DNA of 24,000 bases, from positions 69,770 to 93,769 of the forward strand of contig NZ_WNLP01000010.1 of assembly GCF_009727065.1 (NCBI RefSeq). The letters are read 5' to 3'. Each line of letters starts with the position of its first letter. Positions within the stretch are counted from its first letter, which is position 1. This document shows, piece by piece, positions 8,348 to 16,749 of this stretch. The DNA comes from Bifidobacterium canis (GTDB taxonomy: Bacteria > Actinomycetota > Actinomycetes > Actinomycetales > Bifidobacteriaceae). The position numbers and the translations under genes are program-made. Under the pieces are notes generated by a model. The model worked only from the letters and a program-made list of their open reading frames with translations. It searched no databases and was not told the origin of the DNA.

Positions 8348-9589
8348 TCAGGTGTTCAGGAACAGTGCGCGCCCCATGTCCGACAGCGAGTAGCGGATGG
8401 GTTTGGAACCATGCGTTTGCAGCAATCCGGCATCCGTCAGCGCGTCGAGCGCGTTCACGGTCTTGCGTTCGCCTATGTCCAACGCCTCCCGAAGGAGCTT
8501 GCGGGTCACGGGCACGCGCATCCCGTCGAACAGCTCCTCCTGGATCAGGAAGAACAGGATGCCCGCTTGCAGTCCGGGCATCCCCTCTTGTTGGCGGTAT
8601 GACGTCAACGCGGTTTCCGCTGCCGACAACAGGGCTTGTTTCTCCGTCAATTGCGCGATGATGGCCTCCTGCGCTTCGGACACAAACCGGACCATGCGTT
8701 GGCAGAACATGGTCACGTCCGAGCAGTTCAACGGATGCTGGGCGTCATCGAATGCCTTGTAATACTGTGTCTTGTGGTCGGCGATGATGGTGCTGACGCT
8801 GAGCGCCGTCGGTGCGGATAGGTGCTTGCTTAGTTGCAGTGCGAACAGGAACCGTCCCGTCCTGCCGTTGCCGTCGTAGAACGGGTGGATGTGCTCGAAG
8901 GCATAATGGCACATGGCGGCCCTGAGCAATGGCGGGATGTCCCGGTCTCGCATCAAGGCCAGCCATTGCGTCAACTGCACTTGGATGGTGGATTCGGGCC
9001 AGGCCCCATCATGCAGTTTGCGTCCGGTGCTCTCATCCCAGACCGCGATGGTGTCCTTGCGGAACAGTTGCCCGTCGGGGGTGTCCTTGTCCTCCAGTTC
9101 CCCGTCCATGACCTGATCGTATATGCGGCGGATGCCCTCAAGGGTGGAAGGCAGTTCCAACCGTTCGGGACCGGGGTCGGACAGGCCGAGGAACAGCTTG
9201 GCGAATTCACTCCAACGTGTATGCCCGCCATTGGTGCTGGCGGCCTGCAACGCCTCGCTGATCTCCTTGCGTGTGGTATGCACACCTTCGATGGTGTTCG
9301 TGCTTTGCACTTCGGTGCCGATGAGGTCCATGAGGTATGCGTGGCACGCGATGGGCGGCAGGCTGCGCCACAGCGACTCCACCTGATTTTCCAAGTCGCG
9401 TACCTTATCCATATCGCGGCCGAGTTGCGCGGACAATATAGCGAACATTTCGTATCCGTCCAGCACAAGCCCTGAACGGTATGTGGACCAGCCGTTGATC
9501 CGTGTATCGTATTCCTGTTGCGCGGCTTGTTTTGGGGGAATGGTCGCGGAGCCCATGGCAACGGTTTGCCGGATGGTCTTGTACCCCAT
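8348..9589 (-). CDS. Fic family protein (class II, N-terminal inhibitory helix; probable AMPylase-type enzyme)
   Basis: Fic motif HPFYDGNGRTGR is encoded at 8887..8852. An inhibitory (S/T)xxxE(G/N) motif is present as TNTIEG in the N-terminal part. The preferred start is ATG 9589, 7 nt after GAGGAG (9602..9597); the track start at 9604 overlaps that RBS. Confidence 0.85.
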   Translation of the reverse strand: MGYKTIRQTVAMGSATIPPKQAAQQEYDTRINGWSTYRSGLVLDGYEMFAILSAQLGRDMDKVRDLENQVESLWRSLPPIACHAYLMDLIGTEVQSTNTIEGVHTTRKEISEALQAASTNGGHTRWSEFAKLFLGLSDPGPERLELPSTLEGIRRIYDQVMDGELEDKDTPDGQLFRKDTIAVWDESTGRKLHDGAWPESTIQVQLTQWLALMRDRDIPPLLRAAMCHYAFEHIHPFYDGNGRTGRFLFALQLSKHLSAPTALSVSTIIADHKTQYYKAFDDAQHPLNCSDVTMFCQRMVRFVSEAQEAIIAQLTEKQALLSAAETALTSYRQQEGMPGLQAGILFFLIQEELFDGMRVPVTRKLLREALDIGERKTVNALDALTDAGLLQTHGSKPIRYSLSDMGRALFLNT

Positions 9590-9634
9590 GCAACAACTCC
9601 TCATAACGTGAAAACGTGCATATACGGATGAACA

Positions 9635-9663
9635 AGACTACAGCTATACCTACAAAAAGTCAA
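9635..9663 (-). promoter_or_regulatory. Sigma-70-like promoter candidate for the Fic gene
   Basis: On the minus strand: -35 TTGACT (9663..9658), a 17 nt spacer, then -10 TAGTCT (9640..9635). It sits in a locally A/T-rich stretch ~45 nt upstream of ATG 9589. Confidence 0.35.
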
Positions 9664-9840
9664 AACAGCATGATAGCAAGCATGGGATACGGGTGTATGG
9701 CGTCAGGTATGCCGAATTGTGCTGATGATTCGCTTCTGCAGTGGCGTCAATGCACGGTACATGGAGTGTGGGCGGGCGGCAAACGCCCGCAATCGGCGCC
9801 GCACCCATGCCTTCGGATTCACGGAACGCACGGGGGCGGC

Positions 9841-9933
9841 GGCAACCACGGGCGCATATGCAATAAACCGGGTGCGCCCGTGGTTGCCCAACCCATATGT
9901 GGGAGGGGAACGGGGCGCACCCGGCTTATTGCA
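9841..9933 (-). other. Two overlapping, mutually exclusive inverted repeats (possible terminator/attenuator-like RNA element) downstream of the SSB-like gene
   Basis: IR-B is a perfect 16 bp stem: GGCAACCACGGGCGCA (9841-9856) / TGCGCCCGTGGTTGCC (9873-9888). IR-A pairs TGCAATAAACCGGGTGCGCCCG (9859-9880) with CGGGGCGCACCCGGCTTATTGCA (9911-9933), ~20 bp with 1 mismatch and 1 bulge. The left arm of IR-A overlaps the loop and right arm of IR-B. There is no clear U-tract. Confidence 0.4.
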
Positions 9934-9949
9934 TGAATAGCGGGGTGGT

Positions 9950-10702
9950 TCAGACCGTGCCGACGCCCATCGCGGCGAACGCGTCGCCCATGGTGTCCGC
10001 GCCACCAGCGTCGACCGTCGGGGCGGGCATGTTGAAGCCCTTGAGCGGGTCACGGTCCTCCATCGTGAACAGCGGGGTGCCGTCCCCCGTCTTCACCACG
10101 GCGTTCACCACCGCCTTGATGCCCATGTTGCCATTGACCACATACGGGGAGAACCAGATGTTGGCACGCACCCAGCAACCCGCGTACAGCTGCTGCATCG
10201 TCAACGGGCGTCCGGTGTTGAAATCCACCAGCAGGCTGCGTTCCGCACCCGTCTCCGGATCCTGCGCATGCGCCAGATCCTTCGACGTGGTCAACCGGAT
10301 GAAATAGCGGCCGGCGAACTCCGGGTACACATCCTTGCGCAGTTCGCCATTGTGCTCACCACGGGTGAACCGGTCCGTGTCACCGTCCTTCAACGGCAGC
10401 TGTAGGGTCTTGACGAACGCGGGATTGTTCGGATCCTTGCCGGCGAACGGCACGAACTTCGCCTTCGTCTTCGGGTCATACCCGCACTCCTCGGTGCAGC
10501 CCTGCTTGATGGCGGCCATGACGGCCTGCTGGATCGCACGGTAATCCGCGGACGTTTCCACGGTCCTGTCCACACCATCCACGGTTTCCGTCCCCGGCTT
10601 CTTATCGATCAGCAGCGTGAGCTCGTACTTGTCGTTCATGCTGGGTTTGAACAGGTGGACGAACGTGGCGATGGCCGGTTCGGGAAGAATCAGATCAGAC
10701 AT
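9950..10702 (-). CDS. Phage T7 gp2.5-like single-stranded DNA-binding protein (DUF2815 family)
   Basis: ATG at 10702 has AAGGA ~6 nt upstream; the track start at 10819 was rejected. The sequence follows the DUF2815 pattern: ATFVHLFKPS..KYELTLLIDK, LPLKDGDTDR...YFIRLTTSKD, and LYAGCWVRANIWFSPYVVNGNMGIKAVVNAVVKTGDGTPL. Confidence 0.8.
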   Translation of the reverse strand: MSDLILPEPAIATFVHLFKPSMNDKYELTLLIDKKPGTETVDGVDRTVETSADYRAIQQAVMAAIKQGCTEECGYDPKTKAKFVPFAGKDPNNPAFVKTLQLPLKDGDTDRFTRGEHNGELRKDVYPEFAGRYFIRLTTSKDLAHAQDPETGAERSLLVDFNTGRPLTMQQLYAGCWVRANIWFSPYVVNGNMGIKAVVNAVVKTGDGTPLFTMEDRDPLKGFNMPAPTVDAGGADTMGDAFAAMGVGTV

Positions 10703-10767
10703 GGCATGTTCCTTACTGTGTGCCGTACCCAACACCCAGCCCACTGCCGGGGTGGAGGCAACCCGTA

Positions 10768-11165
10768 CTATGCGTCCCGACCGGGCACACGGACCGTTTC
10801 CGGCATGAACTGCTCGCACATCGTCACCCGCCGGCCCTGCACGAACGCCGACTCCAACGTGCGCCCGTCGAAAATGGCGACATACCCCTCCGCGTACGGG
10901 ATCCTGTCACCGGGGCAGAACGCGCCGATGCTGCGCGCCAACGACACCGCTCCCGCCGCATCCCCCCGGGACGCCAACAGGTCAATCCGGTTCTTCGCCT
11001 CCCATCCGGCCGTCTCCCACGCCGGCGCGCCGGATACACGCCGGACGCGGGTTGGCTGGAGGGGGTGGGCGGCATGGGTGGGCGGCCCACATCCCTCATG
11101 GGGTTCGCATCGAACTGTCCACCCGCCCCATTGGGCGCCCCTTTCGGTTTACGCATGACCGGCAT
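10768..11165 (-). CDS. Hypothetical protein, apparently frame-broken
   Basis: The start cluster ATG 11171/11165/11156 follows GAAAGGG (11180..11174). The N-terminal frame reads MPVMRKPKGAPNGAGGQFDANPMRDVGRPPMPPTPSSQPASGVYPA and then turns into Arg-rich junk. The protein-like continuation, PAWETAGWEAKNRIDLLASRGDAAGAVSLARSIGAFCPGDRIPYAEGYVAIFDGRTLESAFVQGRRVTMCEQFMPETVRVPGRDA*, is in the adjacent frame (track ORF 10768..10977, which has no upstream start). The switch lies within the GC palindrome CCGGCGCGCCGG (11022-11033). Confidence 0.4.
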
Positions 11166-11217
11166 GACCATCACCCTTTCACGATTCCATATGACTGTTG
11201 TGGTGTACGCACCCCAC

Positions 11218-11910
11218 CTATGCGCCGACACCCACCCCATCATCGGGGCCATGCGCCATATCCGCCAAACCATCCGGGATCATCGCCGCCCGTTCGCCGC
11301 GCGGCCAATACGACTCACGCGCCCGCACCAACAACCAAGTCGACAGGCGGCTGGGTACCCGGTCGCTTTTGCGCCTGTTGTGCTTGGCACACAACCACAC
11401 CAGGTTGCGCCGGCTGGTGGCGCCCCCACGGCTCCACGGGTAATGATGGTCCATCTGCTCACCCATGCGCGGACAACGGATCAGACCGCACATGCGGTGC
11501 TCGCACTGGTTGCCGGTGCATTGTGTGATGAACTCCCGGTCCGCGTCCGAGAACAGGCGGCGTGGATCCCTGTCGAACGGGTTGTCCGGTTTGCGCATGG
11601 GCCAACACACCATTATGGCCACCAGTGCAACCACCAGTGCGGCCATCAGGGCCGTCCACAGCCAACCGGCCGGGACATGCGGCATACGCCAAACGGGCCA
11701 GTGCCACCCCGACAACGGGTTGAGGCTGATGTCGGCCGCAAACTCCGGACTGTCCGTTTCCGCCAACAACCGGTCATGCACACGGATGCACACACCGCCC
11801 ACATACCCCATGGTCCCCATGCCGCCGGAACCGGCCACGGCCCACAGAACATGGCGCGCCCACCGGTGCGCGCCCATAAGCCTGCGCGCCAACCGGATAG
11901 GATGCCACAT
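11218..11910 (-). CDS. Membrane-anchored HNH endonuclease
   Basis: ATG at 11910. HNH core: CEHRMCG...MDHHYPWSRGGATSRRNLVWLCAKHNRRKSD. It is preceded by a strongly hydrophobic helix, GWLWTALMAALVVALVAIMVCW, and a weaker one, HVLWAVAGSGGMGTMGYVGGVCI. Confidence 0.8.
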   Translation of the reverse strand: MWHPIRLARRLMGAHRWARHVLWAVAGSGGMGTMGYVGGVCIRVHDRLLAETDSPEFAADISLNPLSGWHWPVWRMPHVPAGWLWTALMAALVVALVAIMVCWPMRKPDNPFDRDPRRLFSDADREFITQCTGNQCEHRMCGLIRCPRMGEQMDHHYPWSRGGATSRRNLVWLCAKHNRRKSDRVPSRLSTWLLVRARESYWPRGERAAMIPDGLADMAHGPDDGVGVGA

Positions 11911-11913
11911 GGG

Positions 11914-12054
11914 TCAACACCACCCGAACACGGCGCACACCACCGCAACAGGCATGATGAGCCAGAACACGGCACCTATCCACAACCCCCACTTGTCCCG
12001 TGATGATTGCGACAGGAACCGGTCACGCTCCCGGTTGCGTTGCTCCCTATCCAT
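11914..12054 (-). CDS. Small membrane protein (46 aa), translationally coupled to the HNH gene
   Basis: Hand translated; too short for the track. Sequence: MDREQRNRERDRFLSQSSRDKWGLWIGAVFWLIMPVAVVCAVFGWC*. A charged N-terminus is followed by one TM helix. The stop TGA (11916..11914) is separated from the HNH ATG (11910) by 3 nt. GGAGG lies ~12 nt upstream of the start. Confidence 0.4.
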   Translation of the reverse strand: MDREQRNRERDRFLSQSSRDKWGLWIGAVFWLIMPVAVVCAVFGWC

Positions 12055-12124
12055 ACCTTATCCACACCTCCCAAGGTCCGGCCGTCACATACACCCATCC
12101 CCTATGCGCGCATAGACGCGCCCC

Positions 12125-15100
12125 ATGAGCGCTTACACCACTTTGGCCATGGAAACCCTCCCCCTGCTGCGATGGGGCGACGTGGCGGGCAGTCTGGAGA
12201 ACCGCACCGATGACGTCATCGACCAGATCACCGGCCTGTTCGGCTCCATCCCCGTAAGCGTCGAAGGGGTGATGCTGAGCTTGGGCAACGGATTGTGGAC
12301 CGCGGGCGCGAAACTCCTGGGCATGTCCAACGGCAGCGAACAAACCATCGCGGACGCGATGGGACCGGTAAGCAACAGGGTCGTCAAAACCATATACGAC
12401 ACGTTGACGGGCACGATGATGATCCCCGCGCTGATCGTCGCCGCCACCATCTGCACCACCATCTTCATGGTATTCAAAGGCCAAGGCGCCCGCGTCCTCA
12501 TGCAACGCTTCACCGCCCTGATCGTAGGGTTCGCGTTCGTCATCGGCATCGGCGCGCAATGCAGCCAACACCCCGACATCCCCGCCACCGGCACACCATG
12601 GTGGACATACCAGTTCGCCGACCAGCTCGTCGGCAAAACCGGCAATCAGCTCACCGGAGCGTTGGACGCGAGCATGAAATCCACCGGCGCGTTCCTCGCG
12701 TCCACCTCCACCACCAACAAACTCTCCTGCCGGCGCTACCTGGCGCGGTTGGGCGCGGAGGCATCCATGGGCCAGGATGATGTGATCCTGCGCAGCATGA
12801 ACACGATGTGGGAGGAAACGGGGTTGCGCATGTGGGCGCGTGCCCAATACGGCGCCGGGGAGAACGGCACGGAGGTGTTCTGCCGTGTGCTGGAGTACCG
12901 GGCGGGCGCCAACCCGCTGGACCAGGCGGACCGGACGAACGCGGCCGCCATGGCCACCCCACCCGGCCAAGGCGACAATGTGGAACAACGGCTCCGGGCC
13001 CTCAACGGGTCCAACTCGCCGGTGAAGGCCAGCGGGTATGCGATGGCGTTCAACCCGGACCTGCTGATCATCGACGAGGAGGGGCCCACCGGGTCGGACA
13101 GTGACATCAAACCCGCCGCGTCGGCGAAAATGCTCGACCGGATGGTCACCATGTGGGACGTGTGCACCTGGAGGGACGGTGAGGGCGACAACGGGTACGT
13201 GTCCCGTGGCGGCTGGCAATGGGTCGACGCCGTCACAGGCCCCAACCGAGGCCTTGGCAACAACAACAAACTGTCGAACTATTGCCGGGTGGCGATCAGT
13301 GGCGAGGGCACGTTGGACGGCGGCAACACCAAGGATTGGCGCGTATGGGTGGTCGAGGACAGCACCAAAGGCGAAGAACTGCAACACCAGTTGAAGGACA
13401 CGGCACTGGATGCCGCACGGGCTGCGCTGTCGGGCGCGGGGTTCTCCACCTCCGAACAACAGGAGATCATGGCCACGATCCAAGCGGGCAAACCAATGAG
13501 CGCGATCATGTCCATCGTCACCAATTTCAGCCTGCTCACCAACCCGTGGAAAATGATCGACGGCGCCAAAGGGGTGCGTCAAGCGTACGAGGAGTACCAC
13601 AGGCTGCTTGGAGAAATCGCGCAGACCGTCAAGGACGGGTCGGGTGATGAGCAGGTGCAGGCCAACCGCACCCGCATCGGCAATCTGAACAACCCCAATG
13701 ACGGTGCGTTGCGTGCGGTGGTCAAGAAGTTCGATCTGTCGAACTCGAACACCGCATGGCAGTGGGCGGCCCGCACGCACACGGACGCCGGCCAGTTGGA
13801 GAACACCATCAAGGCCATCGCCACCGTCAACCAACAGCACGGCAGCGCGCAATGGTCCGATGTGGGCGGCGGGTTCATCTTCGCCCTGAGCGGTCTGGTG
13901 AACATGCTCATCTGGGGCGTGGGCTTCGGCCTGCTTCGCCTGTTGGCGGTCGCGTTGGCGTGCCTGTGCGCCACCGGGTTGTGGTTCGCGTTGATCGTGT
14001 GGGCGGTAAGCCCCGACCGGGGGCGCAAAACCCTGTCGAAGACGGTGACCAGCATGCTGGGCATGATCGCACCCCCACCGTGTTGGGCTTGTACATGGCG
14101 GTCGCGTGCATCCTGATGAACACGATCATGATGGCGTTGGGCATCGTCGACCGCAACGGCAACACGGCGGCGACGGTCATGGTGATGGGTGTGTGCAGCC
14201 TGGTGCTGCCGTTGGCGAGCGTGTTTGGGTTGCGGTGGTTGTGCATCCGGGTGCTGCATGTGGGCGACCCGTTGAGTTTCGGCGCGCTTGGCGTCATCGG
14301 GGCCACCGTGGGCCAGGGGTGCGCAAGGCGGGCCGTATGGCGATGGCCGCCGGTGGCGCCCTGGCCGCCGGCGCCACCGGCGGTGCGGTCGCGATGGCCG
14401 CGATGAACGGCGCCCGGGCCGGGTCCGTGTCGGATGCGTTGCAGCACGGCTACCGGCAAGGCCAGCATGGACAGCATGGCCAGCACGGTGCAGGCAAGGG
14501 CACCGGGAGCGGCCGGCATGCGGCCCAATCGAACCAACAGTCGGAAGCGGACCGGGCGGTCGGCTCCCCCAATGGACCCGACGGGAATGCTTCCGGTGTG
14601 GTGGACAATGCGTTCGAACGCCAATTGGAACGGGAGCAGGGTGATCATCTGGACAGCATCAAGAACAACCTGATGGTCGAACACCCCGATTGGGACGAAG
14701 AGCGGATCGACCGGGAGGCGCGTGACCGGTTGACGGCGGACTCGGGCAACATGACGCAGCTTGCCGCCAACAAAACCGCCCGGAACATCGTCACCCGTAA
14801 AATGGAGCACGAGGAACTGGTCAAGGTGCGTGCCGAACACCCCCAGGCAAGCGAGGAGGAAGTGGCCGCCCTGGTCAAACAAGGCATGGCCGGCCGTCAA
14901 ACGGAACGCGACAGGCAGATCAGTGAGGTGAAGCAACGGTTGCTGGCCGGACATCGGCAACGTGAACAGGTGCGTGTGCAGGCGGAACATGAACGTGAGT
15001 TGATGCGAACGGCGACGGGCCGGTTGCAATTGGCCCGTGAACTGCACACGGACGGGGATGGTGGCGTGCACCGTACGCGGGCGGCCATGGCGTTCGCCCG

Positions 15101-15569
15101 CGGTGAGGCCCACCGTTTCACCGAACAGCATCCCGTCCTGTCCCGTGCGGCCGGTGTCGCGGGTGTGGGCGCGTTGATGTTCACCCCATTGGCCACACCC
15201 GTCGCATTGGCCGTCGCCGGCCGGGGTATGGCCAAGGGCGCGCAGCACGCAGGCCAGGCCATCCAGAACACGGAAATGCGGGTGCGGGACGCAGCCGGGC
15301 GCGCCAAAGGGTTCATGTCCCTGTTGGCATCCCCAACAGGCCCCACGCCGGTTGCGGCGCCACACATGCTGCCGGTGGAACAGCAGGCGCGCATGCGCAT
15401 GGGCGCTCCCGCCACCCCCATGGGTCAACAAACCGGACCGGGTGATGTGCGACCGGTGCCGGTGGCGCAAACGGCACCGCGCCCGCCCATCAAACCCGTG
15501 GCGTCCCCGCCTGCGCCACCCCAACCCGTGTCCGTGCCCGTGGGCACACCAACCGGGCACGGCGCATAG
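12125..15569 (+). CDS. Very large polytopic membrane protein with a C-terminal coiled-coil/Pro-rich region (VirB6/TrbL/TcpH-like role is tentative); read as one gene with two one-base frame breaks, or alternatively three overlapping ORFs
   Basis: Segments: 12125..14116 (track, 663 aa); a middle segment in the frame of track ORF 13756..14406, protein-like only from ~14077 (possible own start GTG 14080); a last segment in the frame of track ORF 14106..15569, protein-like from ~14319 (possible own starts GTG 14319 or ATG 14337). Restoring one C in C5 (14072-14076) gives ...SMLGMIAPPTVLGLYMAVACILMNTIMMALGIV.... Restoring one G in a G4 run (14316-14319 or 14297-14300) gives ...GATVGQGVRKAGRMAMAAGGALAAG.... 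The uncorrected tails are Trp/Arg/Pro-rich junk. Multiple TM helices flank a ~450 aa loop. A GQHGQHGQHG repeat lies at ~14458-14490. Confidence 0.6.
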
Positions 15570-15609
15570 AACATGGCCGGCAAGGAATCTTAGGAAAGGA
15601 TGATGGGGT

Positions 15610-16413
15610 ATGGACGTGTTGGACAACACCAGCGCACTATGGTGCACGAACCCCGTGCCATTGCACGACGGCATGGAGGACCTGTACCACACCTGGTTCG
15701 CCGGGCATACCGGGCAACCAGACGGGCAGACGGTCAGCGTCCAACCATGGTCGCCCATGCCGTGCCCCACACCATGGGCGAACACCATGGACACGGTCAC
15801 CAACATGTATTTGGGGTTGCCGATGATCTGGCTGCCCCAAGAGGTGTGGGCGCGCTACGGCACGGAAACCAACGCCGCATGGCACATGCGCATGATGCTC
15901 ACCCTCACCATCCTCAACCAGGTGAACGTCACGGACCATGGGCAACTCACCTACCGGTTGATGGACACGATCCCCACCAACCCGGACCGTTTGGCGGCCA
16001 TGGCCCTGTCCGCCGCCACTGGCGAGGGCAGTGAGGACGCCGACCAGTGCCGCCAAACAGCGGCCGCATGGGTGGACGTGGCATGGCCGGACGGCTACCC
16101 GTTGGCGATGTTGTGCGCCTTGGCGCGTGACCTGGTGCCCGTATGCGAGTACGGCAGCGCCGTCCTGTCCGCCTACACGGCGGTCGCGTACGCGACGGTT
16201 GGTGCGGACGGGCAACGGTACGCGGTGCGTATGCTGCGCACGCTCCGGGACGTGTACCCGCAGGTGTTCACCCCGGACGCGTTGACGCCGCAAGCGGTGA
16301 CCGGCTGGTACCAGACCCACCGGCAGCAGGCGGTGGACATGATGAATGTGTTGGCGGACCTCAACCTCGAACACCGTGACATGGCGACCACCGTCGCCAA
16401 CCTGTTGGCCTAG
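15610..16413 (+). CDS. Hypothetical protein (267 aa, Trp-rich)
   Basis: ATG at 15610 lies ~9 nt after AAAGGA (15595-15600). The frame is uninterrupted and protein-like with high third-position G/C. I recognised no motif. Confidence 0.6.
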   Translation: MDVLDNTSALWCTNPVPLHDGMEDLYHTWFAGHTGQPDGQTVSVQPWSPMPCPTPWANTMDTVTNMYLGLPMIWLPQEVWARYGTETNAAWHMRMMLTLTILNQVNVTDHGQLTYRLMDTIPTNPDRLAAMALSAATGEGSEDADQCRQTAAAWVDVAWPDGYPLAMLCALARDLVPVCEYGSAVLSAYTAVAYATVGADGQRYAVRMLRTLRDVYPQVFTPDALTPQAVTGWYQTHRQQAVDMMNVLADLNLEHRDMATTVANLLA

Positions 16414-16553
16414 GCGTTTGGTTGGGGTGTGTCCCCCATCAGCTCCTTGAGCACATTGCCCACGTCGGCTTGCGCATGGTTCGTGCCCACATCAATGGTC
16501 ACGGGGATGTCCTTGATGGTGAACGGTATTGGCGCGAACGTGGCGCGCACCAT
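16410..16553 (-). CDS. Possible small protein (47 aa)
   Basis: Only the C-terminal part of track ORF 16410..16877 looks protein-like: MVRATFAPIPFTIKDIPVTIDVGTNHAQADVGNVLKELMGDTPQPNA*. ATG at 16553 with a weak RBS. Third-position G/C bias is present. Its stop overlaps the stop of the convergent 15610..16413 gene. Confidence 0.3.
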   Translation of the reverse strand: MVRATFAPIPFTIKDIPVTIDVGTNHAQADVGNVLKELMGDTPQPNA

Positions 16554-16749
16554 CGGCGAGGTGTTTCTTCTCCCGTATGGCCGGCGTACAGGCGTACACC
16601 GGCGGTTATGCGCTGGGGTGGCCAACGGTGGCGGCCCCGGCGTGTGTTCCCAGTGTACTGGGTGTGTGCCAGGTGTGGCGCACAGGGGTGTGGCGTGTGG
16701 GCGCATAGACATGCGGCGTCCCATACAGCGTGCGTGAAAGGATACGCAG

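Noticed and set aside
9605-9949. Possible tRNA gene or attachment site in the structured spacer
   Set aside because: I could find no cloverleaf-compatible arms and no T-loop consensus (GTTCRANNC). No direct repeat of this sequence occurs elsewhere in the window to suggest att sites.
10703-12003. + strand ORF 10720..12003 (427 aa) and the N-terminal extension of the SSB-like ORF up to 10819
   Set aside because: The + ORF is antisense to the HNH gene and the hypothetical gene and is Pro/His/Arg-rich. The SSB-like gene has a clear RBS and ATG at 10702 that matches the family N-terminus.
12047-15806. Minus-strand ORFs 12047..13852 (601 aa) and 13908..15806 (632 aa)
   Set aside because: They are antisense shadows of the large membrane protein gene. 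Their composition is implausible (Gly/Arg/His/Val-rich), they lack membrane segments, and they have no start-site signals.
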